Part shown: in pieces, positions 39,153-48,031 of the stretch | Position numbering within the stretch: the first letter of the stretch is position 1 | Layout: every line of letters begins with the position of its first letter | Origin: an uncultured Peptococcaceae bacterium | GTDB lineage: Bacteria; Bacillota; Dehalobacteriia; UBA4068 | Reading direction: 5' to 3' | Assembly (NCBI GenBank): GCA_949289995.1 | Contig: CASEQE010000046.1 | Location: 1-63,017 of the forward strand | DNA length: 63,017 nucleotides | Notes under the pieces: generated by a model | Seen by the model: only the letters and a program-made list of their open reading frames with translations | Databases searched by the model: none | What the model was told of the DNA's origin: nothing | Program-made: the position numbers and the translations under genes

Positions 39153-39193
39153 AAAAAGCCTTCGCCGCAATTATGCGGCGAAGGCTTTTTTTT
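39153..39193. terminator. Bidirectional intrinsic terminator
   Basis: AAAAAGCCTTCGCCGCA-ATTA-TGCGGCGAAGGCTTTTT. Confidence 0.88.
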
Positions 39194-39282
39194 ATACTCT
39201 AATAGTAGTATAGATTTTGCTATGCGTCGGCTTGCGTTTTGGCCGGACAGAGTGCGGTCTGCCGCTTGCCTACCGCTAAGGA

Positions 39283-42200
39283 TTAGCGTAAGGCGAAGGT
39301 GTACACGGCTTTGGCGCCATGGTCATCGGTTACCGTTACGTCGATATCGTCCAAATCGTCGGTATCTACGTCGATTTCATACAGATAGAAGGTGCTGGAG
39401 TAGCTTTGGCGGCGAATGGTTTTGCCGTCGTATTTGACGCTTACCGTATAATCGTCATCATCAAAGTAAACGTAGAGATACAGGGTTTTTTCATCGTTGC
39501 CGATACGGACGGAGTAGCGGTTATCTTCCGGGCGGAAATCGTTTTTGCTAATATAGGTTTCGCTTTTGCCCAACAATTTCATATCCACGTCGAAATCGCT
39601 TTGTGCATCCGAAGCGGCGTCGTTTGCATTGTATCCTTTATTGGTGTTGATATATACGGTAGCATTGCTGTATTGAATATTGAAATCAAACAGGGCCGCC
39701 AAATCCCGCAGCAAGAAATAGTTGTAGCCGTCGATATTATAGGCGGTGGGGCTGACATAGTCGCCGTTCAGGGACACGGTTTGTTTCGATACCACAGCCT
39801 TGTTGTAGAAGTTGGGTACGGTCAATTCCCCGCCGACGCTGGTATATCCATAGCCGCTGCGCAGGGAGATCAGGCGGGTGTAATCATTGTAGCTGATCGA
39901 GAATTGTTTGGCGGTGCCGTCCAGCAAATAGGCGATGGAACGCAGTTTGACAAAGTTGTTGCCGTTGATATTATAGGCGGGAATGGTGATGGTGCGGCCA
40001 TTGTTTACGGAAATGTATTGGCTGCTGGGTACGATAGAGGCCACGCTGCCATCGGTTTGCCGGTATACGTTCACATAATAATGTTTGCTGCCTACCTGGA
40101 AATCAAATTCGTTCAGGCCGTAATTCAAATTGTAGGAGGCGCTGTTGTTTTTGCTTACCGCATTGCCGCCGTCCTTGGCGATTTTCACCGTGGAAGAGGA
40201 AGAGAAGTTGAAGGTAATCGTGGAAGAGCTGGCGGATACGCTGGCGGTATAATTATAAACCGTAGAGCGGAAGCTGGGGCTCAGCGTCACTTTTACCGAA
40301 TTGACATAGGCGTTGAGGGAGCTTAAAACGCCGCTTTCTTTGCTCAAATCCACAATGTATTTTTCACTGTCTTCCCGGTTTTCCGCATAAACCGTTATGG
40401 TAACCTTGTTGTAATCATCGGGGTCAAAAGCCCAATAACTGCCGGTCATCAATTCATCGTTGACAAATATCAACATATCCCGACCTGCGTCTGCGTAGAG
40501 ATAAACGGTTTGATTGGAATTTGTATAATACAGGGTATAATCGGTTTTGGAGGAACGGAAGGCCGGGCTTAAGTCCATATCGTAGCTGGAAGACGTGCTG
40601 CGTTTGCTACGGAAGGCCAAATCGTCCAGTTCCGCCAAATCATCGTCGTTCCGGTCTGCATAGTAGAAGGTGATGGTATAATCCCGGTTGTCTACGCTAA
40701 ATTCCACGGTTTCCTGATCCCCCGCGGGAATGGAAATCACTTTATTATATTGATCATCGCTCAAAGTGACGTCGGAACCTTCATAGACGAAATCCACATA
40801 TTTGTCGCTAAAGCTTAGGCGCATATAGACTTTCATCGCCGTTCTATAATCGCTGTCATAGGGGATCAGCACGGCATAATCGGTGATATCCTTATCAAAA
40901 CGGGGATGGAGATTCAAGGCTGTAGCGGAAGAAGTTTTGTAGCTGTCGCCAATATTAACGTGGATATCTTCCAGCTCTTCGTCGCTGGTATAATCTTCGT
41001 CATAAAGATCAAAAACATAGGTTCGGCTTTCGCCGGTGCGGCGGTCTTCCGCGATTATCCGCAATATGCCCAGATCACGATAATCCACAGGGATTTCATA
41101 ATAATAGTAGCTGCTGCTATAATCGTCCCGGCGAATGGTGCGGCCGTCGTATTTTACCGTGACGTCATAATCGTCGTCGTCAAAATAAACGGTCAGTTCC
41201 AGATTTTCCACATCCCGGTTGAGATACAGATTATAGCTGGTTTTTTCATGATCGAAGCGGCTTTTGCTGAGATAGGTGTCGCCGTCGTCGCCTTTGATTT
41301 GTACGGACAGATCAAAAGGAGAGCTTTCCCGCTGCAAAGAGATGGTATAATGCATAAATGCCGTCTCGTCGTTTTGGGCGTAAACTCGAACCCTGATGTC
41401 GGACAATTGGCCGGAGCCAAGGGCGATGGTATAAGCGCCATTGGCGGCGGTTATTTCCTGATCGCCATAATACACTTTTACGGCGCAACCGGCTTTGGCG
41501 GTAGGCGTAACCGTTACACTGGTTATGTTGCTGGGGATTTGGCGGATGAATCTTTGCAGGTCTTGTGCCTGAGCCAGGGCAAAATCGTCGGAGCTGATAT
41601 AGGTTTTACCGTCGCTGCCGCTCATGGTTAAATTGGTCAGATCGGGAATGGCAACGCCCTGGCCGGTGATAGTCAGCGGGCTGGCCAAAGCCGCTTGGTC
41701 GACGATCAATTCGCCGGTTTGCCGATTATAGGTATAATCCGTGCCGGCGGTTAAGGTTTTTGTGCCGGCGGTAACGGTGATGGCGGCAGGCAAACGATAG
41801 CCGGCGGCCGCCGTCAGGGTGGCGGTATAATCTGCGTTTTTAGCAACTTTCTTCGCGTCGTTGCTGGTGGTGATGTTGGTCAATTGGTTGTTCACATTGA
41901 GCCAATCCGTAACTTTTACCGTATAAACCGCCGCGTCTTGCGCAGAGCCCGTAGTATTCAGGTAAACCGGTTTGGCAGCGTTTTTCACCTGTTCGGCGCG
42001 AATCCACAATACGAAGGTCTTTTCCCCCGTGGCCCCGGCCTGTTGCGCTTCGGTAACGTCCACCTGGGTCAATTGGTTAAAGCTGTTTCCGTCGGCGCTG
42101 TAATACAGGTTGGTAATCGGTTGATCGGTAGTGATCAACAGGCCCAACCATTTGGATTCCCCCGTTTGGCCGGGATTACTAGAGGTAAAAGCGGTCATTT

Positions 42201-42399
42201 CATCCAATACCGCTTCTACGGATATGTCTTTTTCATTGAGGCTTACTGTGGCATGCTGGGAATTGGCAAAGAATTCCCCTGTGCCCTGAGCCAGGGAAAC
42301 GTCGGTTACCGATACGCCGTCGGCCAGCGCCGCCGGTCCCCAGGCTAGAACCAATGCCAAGGCCAGGAAAAACACGAGTAACGTTTTTTTCATTTTCAT
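39283..42399 (-). CDS. Large secreted/surface protein with cadherin-like beta-sandwich repeats and a twin AYNIxG domain
   Basis: Signal peptide MKMKKT...ALA; repeated LxPxF...Y modules; AYNINGNNFVKLR and AYNIDGYNYFLLR. Confidence 0.75.
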   Translation of the reverse strand: MKMKKTLLVFFLALALVLAWGPAALADGVSVTDVSLAQGTGEFFANSQHATVSLNEKDISVEAVLDEMTAFTSSNPGQTGESKWLGLLITTDQPITNLYYSADGNSFNQLTQVDVTEAQQAGATGEKTFVLWIRAEQVKNAAKPVYLNTTGSAQDAAVYTVKVTDWLNVNNQLTNITTSNDAKKVAKNADYTATLTAAAGYRLPAAITVTAGTKTLTAGTDYTYNRQTGELIVDQAALASPLTITGQGVAIPDLTNLTMSGSDGKTYISSDDFALAQAQDLQRFIRQIPSNITSVTVTPTAKAGCAVKVYYGDQEITAANGAYTIALGSGQLSDIRVRVYAQNDETAFMHYTISLQRESSPFDLSVQIKGDDGDTYLSKSRFDHEKTSYNLYLNRDVENLELTVYFDDDDYDVTVKYDGRTIRRDDYSSSYYYYEIPVDYRDLGILRIIAEDRRTGESRTYVFDLYDEDYTSDEELEDIHVNIGDSYKTSSATALNLHPRFDKDITDYAVLIPYDSDYRTAMKVYMRLSFSDKYVDFVYEGSDVTLSDDQYNKVISIPAGDQETVEFSVDNRDYTITFYYADRNDDDLAELDDLAFRSKRSTSSSYDMDLSPAFRSSKTDYTLYYTNSNQTVYLYADAGRDMLIFVNDELMTGSYWAFDPDDYNKVTITVYAENREDSEKYIVDLSKESGVLSSLNAYVNSVKVTLSPSFRSTVYNYTASVSASSSTITFNFSSSSTVKIAKDGGNAVSKNNSASYNLNYGLNEFDFQVGSKHYYVNVYRQTDGSVASIVPSSQYISVNNGRTITIPAYNINGNNFVKLRSIAYLLDGTAKQFSISYNDYTRLISLRSGYGYTSVGGELTVPNFYNKAVVSKQTVSLNGDYVSPTAYNIDGYNYFLLRDLAALFDFNIQYSNATVYINTNKGYNANDAASDAQSDFDVDMKLLGKSETYISKNDFRPEDNRYSVRIGNDEKTLYLYVYFDDDDYTVSVKYDGKTIRRQSYSSTFYLYEIDVDTDDLDDIDVTVTDDHGAKAVYTFALR

Positions 42400-42619
42400 A
42401 GAAATCCCCTCCCTAAAAATTGAATATATTTTTATATTTTCCAATGTGCCTTTTCGCCAAATTTTCCCCCACCAGCGACGAATTGGCCCTTTCTATTAGC
42501 AAGACTGTTGGCCAAGGGTTTTTGTTCCTGTGTTGCCAATATATGGAAAATTCTTTGTCGGTGAAATTGAAATTGCCGCCGCCTTGGCCGGTTGTCTCTA
42601 GGGGTCCGCCGGCCGGGGT

Positions 42620-43090
42620 TTAGCCGCCGTATGTTTGAAGGGCTTTTTCAATGGCGTTTAAAATATTTTCATAGCCGGTACAGCGGCATAAATGGCCGGA
42701 AATCAGTTGGCGCAGCTCTTGCCGGCTATAGGGTATGCCCCGGCCGACAATTTCCACCGCGGTCATAATCAATCCTGGGGTGCAAAAGCCGCACTGTACG
42801 GCGGCCTCGTCGATAAAAGCCTGCTGCACGGGGTGCAATTCGCCGTTGGCCCCGCGCAGGCCTTCCACCGTGAGCACGCTTTTTCCCTCCGCCCATACCG
42901 CCGGATACAGGCAACTGGTAATGGCATGGCCGTCCAGCAGCACGGTGCAGGCGCCGCATTCTCCAGCTTGGCAGCCTTGTTTGACGCTGGTATAGCCCAA
43001 ACGGCGCAGCAGTTCCGCCAAGGATTCGCGAATATCCACGGAAATTTCCCGGGGTTGGCCGTTAATGGTCATGCAAACGGTTTGATACAT
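42620..43090 (-). CDS. xdhC: Xanthine dehydrogenase 2Fe-2S subunit
   Basis: GCQAGECGACTV, QCGFCTPG, LCRCTGY. Confidence 0.88.
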   Translation of the reverse strand: MYQTVCMTINGQPREISVDIRESLAELLRRLGYTSVKQGCQAGECGACTVLLDGHAITSCLYPAVWAEGKSVLTVEGLRGANGELHPVQQAFIDEAAVQCGFCTPGLIMTAVEIVGRGIPYSRQELRQLISGHLCRCTGYENILNAIEKALQTYGG

Positions 43091-43117
43091 CGGCTATCCC
43101 TCCCTGAAAATATGGTT

Positions 43118-43969
43118 TTAGCAAGCGGCTGCAAAACAACGGGCGGCGATTTCCCCGGCGATTTGCAGGCGAAATTCCCGGCTGGCCCGCCAGGAATCCC
43201 GGGGCTGAATTTCCTGCCGCACCAGGCTGGCAATGCGCCGTCGTCCCTGTTCCAGGGGCAAGCCCAGCAAAGCCTGTTCGCTTTGGGGCAGACGGATCGG
43301 CGTAGGGGCCGCCACGCCCATGGCCAGACGAATATCGGCAATCGCCCCATCTACGCTTTTCAGCCACAGGGCGCAACTGATATTGGCAATATCCATAGCC
43401 CGGCGCTGGGAATATTTATAGTAGCAGCCGCGATACCCCTGATAATCTTCTTTGGCGATGCGGATGCCGCATAGCAGTTCCCCCGCTTCCAGAGCGGTTT
43501 TTCCCGGGCCCAAATAAAATTCCGCCAGGGGTAGGGTGCGGCTTTTGCCGGCGGCGCGCAAATCCAAAACCGCGTTTAAACACAGCAAGGCCGGAGCGGT
43601 GTCGGCGGAAGGGGCGCCGTTGCAAATATTGCCGCCCACAGTGGCCAGCCGCCGCAATTGGGGTCCGCCGGCGGAGGCCGCGCCTTGGGCCAATATGGAC
43701 AGGCGGCTGCCAATCAGCGGATCCGCCGCCGCCTGGGCGAAAGTGGTCAGCGGGCGGATTTCGATACAACCCTGTTCATCCATGTGGACGCCGCTAAGTT
43801 CCGGCAGGCCGTGAATACTCAGCAGGGAGCAGCCGGCCCATTTGCCTTCACGGATTTTGATCAGCACATCGCTGCCGCCAGCGATGATTTTCCAATCCGG
43901 CCGCTCCGCCAAACGGTTTAGCGCATCCGCCAAAGAGGCGGCCGCCGTATATTCCTGAATATCAAACAT
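43118..43969 (-). CDS. xdhB: Xanthine dehydrogenase FAD-binding subunit
   Basis: IAGGSDV, ATVGGNICNGAPSAD, RRAMDIA. Confidence 0.88.
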   Translation of the reverse strand: MFDIQEYTAAASLADALNRLAERPDWKIIAGGSDVLIKIREGKWAGCSLLSIHGLPELSGVHMDEQGCIEIRPLTTFAQAAADPLIGSRLSILAQGAASAGGPQLRRLATVGGNICNGAPSADTAPALLCLNAVLDLRAAGKSRTLPLAEFYLGPGKTALEAGELLCGIRIAKEDYQGYRGCYYKYSQRRAMDIANISCALWLKSVDGAIADIRLAMGVAAPTPIRLPQSEQALLGLPLEQGRRRIASLVRQEIQPRDSWRASREFRLQIAGEIAARCFAAAC

Positions 43970-46274
43970 GATCTTCCCCTCCTTCCAGCAAACCGGCCTG
44001 GCGAAAAGCCGCCGTCAGCCGTTGGGGTTCCAGAGGCAATTGGTTGATTTTGACGCCGGTGGCATGTAGCAAAGCGTTGCGTAGGGCCGGCGCCAGGCTT
44101 AATGCCGGCGGTTCTCCTAGGGCTTTGTTGCCGAAGGGGCCGGTGGGATCCTGGGTTTCCACAAACGCCGCCTGCAAATCCGGGGTGTCCAAGGCGGTGG
44201 CCAATTTATAATCTAAAAAATTGCCGTTGAGCATTTTGCCGCTTTGGGGGTGAAAAATCAATCTTTCGCTAAGGCCGTAGCCTAAAGCCATGCTCATTCC
44301 GCCATGCACTTGGGCTTTGGCCAGGGCGGGATTGATCAATTTGCCGCTGTCGTGCAGATTAACGGCCTGCAGTACTTGTATTTGCCCCAAAGGCATATCC
44401 ACTTCGATTTCCACGAAAGAACAGCCGAAAGCAAAGGTATTGCTGCGGCAGTGATTGGTGGTTTGGGCGCTGATATGCTCGCTGTTTTCCAGGCTGTAAA
44501 AAGCCTCTTCCGCTAAAGCCGCCAGGGAAATCACCGGCTGGCCGTCGTCCTGTTTTACCACGTCCCGGCCTTGTATGCGCAAATCTCCGGCAGCTATGCC
44601 GCTAAGGTCGGCGGCATAGGCAAGGATTTTTTCCGACAACAGCCGGGCGGTTTTTTGAATGGCCATGCCGGTTACATACGTTTGCCGGGAGGCATATGCG
44701 CCGGAATCATAGGGCGCCACGTCGGTGTCCTGAAAGCTGACCACGTGTATATCAGCGGTATCCATGCCGCAGGCTTCCGCGGCCATCTGGGCGAAAACCG
44801 TGTCTCCGCCTTGGCCAATTTCCGTGGCGCCTAAATGCAATTGTATGCTGCCGTCTTGGTTCAGAGTCATGCGGGCGGAAGAAGTTTCCAAAGACAGTGG
44901 GTATACCCCGGTTTTGTAGCAGAACAACGCCATGCCCACCCCCCGCCGCCGGGGACCGGTTTGCCCCACATAAGCTTGCCGCTTGCTTTGCCAGTCGATG
45001 ATGGCGGCGCCTTGGCGCAAACATTCTTTTAAACCGCTGCTATGACAGGTTATGCCGGTAACCGGATCCTGAAAACCCGGTTCCATCATATTTTTCAGCC
45101 GCAAGTCGATAGGATCCATGCCCAAAGCCAAAGCCAAATCGTCCATATTGGCTTCGGTGGCAAAGGTTTCCTGGGGAATGCCGTAGCCCCGCATGGCTCC
45201 CGCCGCAGGCGCATTGCAATATACGGTAATTGCCTGTTGCCGCAGGGCTTGGCTTTGCCGGTACATATCGCGAAAGGCGGTCATGCCGTTGGCGGTTACC
45301 CCATGGCCATGGGAGGCGTAGGCGCCTTGGCAGGCGACGGCGCTATAGCTACGAGCGACCAAAACCCCTTGCCTATCCGCCAGGGTTTCGATATCGATGG
45401 TCATCGGATGGCGGATGCGGGTGGCAAAAAATACTTCTTCCCGGGAAAGGCAAAGTTTAATCGTCCGCCCCGGCAGTTTTTGGGCCAGCCAGGCGTTGAG
45501 GGGTTCGGTAAGCACGTCTTGTTTATTGCCGAAACCGCCGCCGATATAAGGTTTGATTACCCGTATTTTTCCCCAGGGCAGGCCCAATGCCTGGCCCACC
45601 ACCCGGCGCACGATATGGGGGATTTGCGTCGAGGAAACCAGGGTAATTTTATCTCCTTCCTGCCAGGCAAAGGAGACGGCGCTTTCCAAATGGCAATGTT
45701 GCACACCCTGACAGACATACCGGCCTTTGGCGGCGATTAGCCCCTTTGTAGAGCAGGGCCATTCTCCTTCCTGATATTGGCTGCGCCCCAAAATATTGTC
45801 GGCAAATTGTTCATGCAAGGGCGACGCGCCGGCGGCGGCCATATCCATGGCCTGTTCCGGCGTAAGGGCGGCAGGTTCTTCTTCATATTCTACCTGGATA
45901 GCCCGGAGTCCCCTGGCGGCGGCAATTTCGTCTACCGCCACCACCACGGCGATATCGTCGCCGTAAAAACGTACCCGCCGGTTGAGCAGCAGCCGGTCGG
46001 CCACGTCTCGATGGCCGGGATCGGTGGACCAGGGATGGCCGGCGGTGGCGAAAGGCAATTGCGGTACGTCCATGCAGGTAAACACCGCCACCACCCCGGC
46101 AACGGCCAGGGCTTTTTCAATATCGATTCGTTTTACCCAACCGTTGGCCACGGTGGCGTGATAGATTTTCGCCGTTAGGGCGTAGGCCGGGCATAAATCT
46201 TCCGTATATTTCGCCGTGCCGCAGACTTTATCTTTGGCATCCAGGCGCGGTATGGAACGACCGATTTCTCCCAT
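43962..46274 (-). CDS. xdhA: Xanthine dehydrogenase molybdopterin-binding subunit
   Basis: IGGGFGNKQD, AMRGYGIPQ, EIGQG, YASRQ, QVHGG, KALGEPP; start MGEIGR after GGAG. Confidence 0.88.
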   Translation of the reverse strand: MGEIGRSIPRLDAKDKVCGTAKYTEDLCPAYALTAKIYHATVANGWVKRIDIEKALAVAGVVAVFTCMDVPQLPFATAGHPWSTDPGHRDVADRLLLNRRVRFYGDDIAVVVAVDEIAAARGLRAIQVEYEEEPAALTPEQAMDMAAAGASPLHEQFADNILGRSQYQEGEWPCSTKGLIAAKGRYVCQGVQHCHLESAVSFAWQEGDKITLVSSTQIPHIVRRVVGQALGLPWGKIRVIKPYIGGGFGNKQDVLTEPLNAWLAQKLPGRTIKLCLSREEVFFATRIRHPMTIDIETLADRQGVLVARSYSAVACQGAYASHGHGVTANGMTAFRDMYRQSQALRQQAITVYCNAPAAGAMRGYGIPQETFATEANMDDLALALGMDPIDLRLKNMMEPGFQDPVTGITCHSSGLKECLRQGAAIIDWQSKRQAYVGQTGPRRRGVGMALFCYKTGVYPLSLETSSARMTLNQDGSIQLHLGATEIGQGGDTVFAQMAAEACGMDTADIHVVSFQDTDVAPYDSGAYASRQTYVTGMAIQKTARLLSEKILAYAADLSGIAAGDLRIQGRDVVKQDDGQPVISLAALAEEAFYSLENSEHISAQTTNHCRSNTFAFGCSFVEIEVDMPLGQIQVLQAVNLHDSGKLINPALAKAQVHGGMSMALGYGLSERLIFHPQSGKMLNGNFLDYKLATALDTPDLQAAFVETQDPTGPFGNKALGEPPALSLAPALRNALLHATGVKINQLPLEPQRLTAAFRQAGLLEGGEDHV

Positions 46275-46388
46275 AGATATCACACTCCTTTGCATAACGG
46301 TAATCCTTTTCACGGGTGGTTGTCTTTTTTGTATGGCGGCCATAAGCCCCAAGCAACGGCAAGGCTTTGCTTTTGTCTGAACCGGGGT

Positions 46389-47531
46389 TTATACGAATTC
46401 TACAAAAACCCGATTGGCTAGGAACAAACCCCGTCGGGTCAAACGCAACCAAGAGCCTTCCTCTTGCAGCAGGCCGTTTTTTTTCAGCTTTTCCAGGGCC
46501 GGGCCATAGTATTGATCCGGCCGTATGCCGTAGCGTTGGGCGAAAGCTTGTTGATCGATACCCTGGATTAGCCGCAGGCCCAGGAACATCGCTTCCCCCA
46601 GCACTTGTTGCGGGGACAAATATTCCTCTTCCGCCAGGGGTAAGCGGCCTTGCTTCACGGCCTGCCAGTAATCGGCCAGACTTTGGTGATTGGCAAAACG
46701 GCGGTTGCCGGCGCAGGAGCAGGCCGCCGCCCCCAGACCCAGATAGTTTTCCCGCCGCCAGTAGACCTGGTTGTGGCGGCTTTCCCGGCCCGGTTGGGCA
46801 AAATTGGCGATTTCGTATTGTTTGAGGCCGGCTTTTTCCAGGGCATCTATCGCGTAGGCCAACATGGCGGCGGCTTGGTCTTCTTCCGCCGGCGCCAAAC
46901 GGCCCTGGGCTGCCAATCGTCCCCAAGGGGTTTCCGGGGATAAGCTTAGGCCGTATAGGGAAAGATGCTGCGGCTGCAAAGCCAGGGCCTGAGCCAAATC
47001 TGCTTGCCAACCGGCCAGGGTTTGTCCGGGCAGGCCGTAGATCAAATCCAAACCCAGATTATCAAAACCGGCCTGCCGTGCCGCGGCCACTGCCTGTTGG
47101 GTTTGCTTTCCGTCATGCCCCCGGCCCATGGCTTGCAACAGGCCGCGGTTGAAGCTTTGCGCTCCTAGGGATAGACGGTTTATCCCCCCTTGCCGCCAGC
47201 GGAATAGTTTTTCCTCCGTCACGGTTTCCGGATTGGCCTCCAGGGTGATTTCCGCCGCCGGCGGTAAGAATTGCAACAAGCGGCTGATTTCCGCCGCCGG
47301 CAACAGGGAAGGGGTGCCGCCGCCAATATATATGCTGTGGCAGCGGCTAAAATCCCCTTGCCGCTGCCAGAGCCGCCATTCCGCCAACAGGGAATCGATA
47401 TATGGATGAAACAACGGTGAATCCGCCGTGGCGGGATAGGAAACAAAATCGCAGTAATTGCATTTGCGCAGGCAAAAAGGTATATGTATATAGATTGCCG
47501 CAAAATGATCCGCGTCTTGTTTGATGAACAT
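46389..47531 (-). CDS. hemW: Radical-SAM heme chaperone HemW
   Basis: YIHIPFCLRKCNYCDF, GGGTPS, EANP, HNQVYW (HNxxYW); start MFIKQ at 47531. Confidence 0.88.
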   Translation of the reverse strand: MFIKQDADHFAAIYIHIPFCLRKCNYCDFVSYPATADSPLFHPYIDSLLAEWRLWQRQGDFSRCHSIYIGGGTPSLLPAAEISRLLQFLPPAAEITLEANPETVTEEKLFRWRQGGINRLSLGAQSFNRGLLQAMGRGHDGKQTQQAVAAARQAGFDNLGLDLIYGLPGQTLAGWQADLAQALALQPQHLSLYGLSLSPETPWGRLAAQGRLAPAEEDQAAAMLAYAIDALEKAGLKQYEIANFAQPGRESRHNQVYWRRENYLGLGAAACSCAGNRRFANHQSLADYWQAVKQGRLPLAEEEYLSPQQVLGEAMFLGLRLIQGIDQQAFAQRYGIRPDQYYGPALEKLKKNGLLQEEGSWLRLTRRGLFLANRVFVEFV

Positions 47532-47702
47532 TGTCTTTGGAACATCTCCCTTTTGGGAAATTGCCGGCGGCTTACGCCGCCTTATACTTGCATATTTCGC
47601 CGCCGGAGAGCGTTTTCCCCTTGGCCGGCAAAAGAAATCCCCGTAGCGGGATGTATAAATTTCCGGGGACGGTTTTTTTTGCCGGCTTCTTGGTTTTCCC
47701 CC

Positions 47703-47731
47703 TTGCTTTTTTGCTTTGCCCATAGTATAAT
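47703..47731 (+). promoter_or_regulatory. sigmaA promoter for the aro leader/operon
   Basis: TTGCTT-17 bp-TATAAT. Confidence 0.72.
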
Positions 47732-47765
47732 ACAAGATATTCGTGGATAAGGAGGGCGGAATTTT

Positions 47766-47930
47766 ATGAATAAAAACAGTAGTTTCATGCAGACGGCGTT
47801 TTCCGCCCATACTTTCAACTTTTATTACTTTACCGGCGTGGTTCGCTTTTTTGCGTACCGCTTTTTTGCGCATGGCTTGGCTTGCCGTTCTTTCCGTTTG
47901 CATAGGATTCCGCCGCCGGTATCGTGTTAA
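47766..47930 (+). CDS. Phe/Tyr-rich leader peptide, 54 aa (below the ORF-track cutoff)
   Basis: AAGGAGG RBS at 47749-47755; MNKNSSFMQTAFSAHTFNFYYFTGVVRFFAYRFFAHGLACRSFRLHRIPPPVSC. Confidence 0.72.
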   Translation: MNKNSSFMQTAFSAHTFNFYYFTGVVRFFAYRFFAHGLACRSFRLHRIPPPVSC

Positions 47931-47944
47931 CCTATAGGCATGAT

Positions 47945-47978
47945 ATAGGGGTTCCTCAAACGGGAACCCCTATTTTTT
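47945..47978 (+). terminator. Attenuator terminator upstream of pheA
   Basis: ATAGGGGTTCC-TCAAACG-GGAACCCCTAT-TTTTT between the leader ORF and pheA. Confidence 0.85.
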
Positions 47979-48031
47979 ATTGTCTCTTGCCCTGAGAAAA
48001 AGAAAATTATAGAATAGAGAGGTAAAGGAAT

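Noticed and set aside
39319-41631. Long antisense ORFs opposite real genes (e.g. 39319-40326, 15691-16542, 28566-29531)
   Set aside because: Shadow frames from codon bias; no RBS or recognisable motifs
46275-46388. Purine riboswitch upstream of xdhA
   Set aside because: No conserved aptamer core visible and the spacer is short
47532-47903. N-terminal extension of HemW in the ORF track
   Set aside because: Overlaps the divergent promoter and leader peptide; HemW homology starts near 47531
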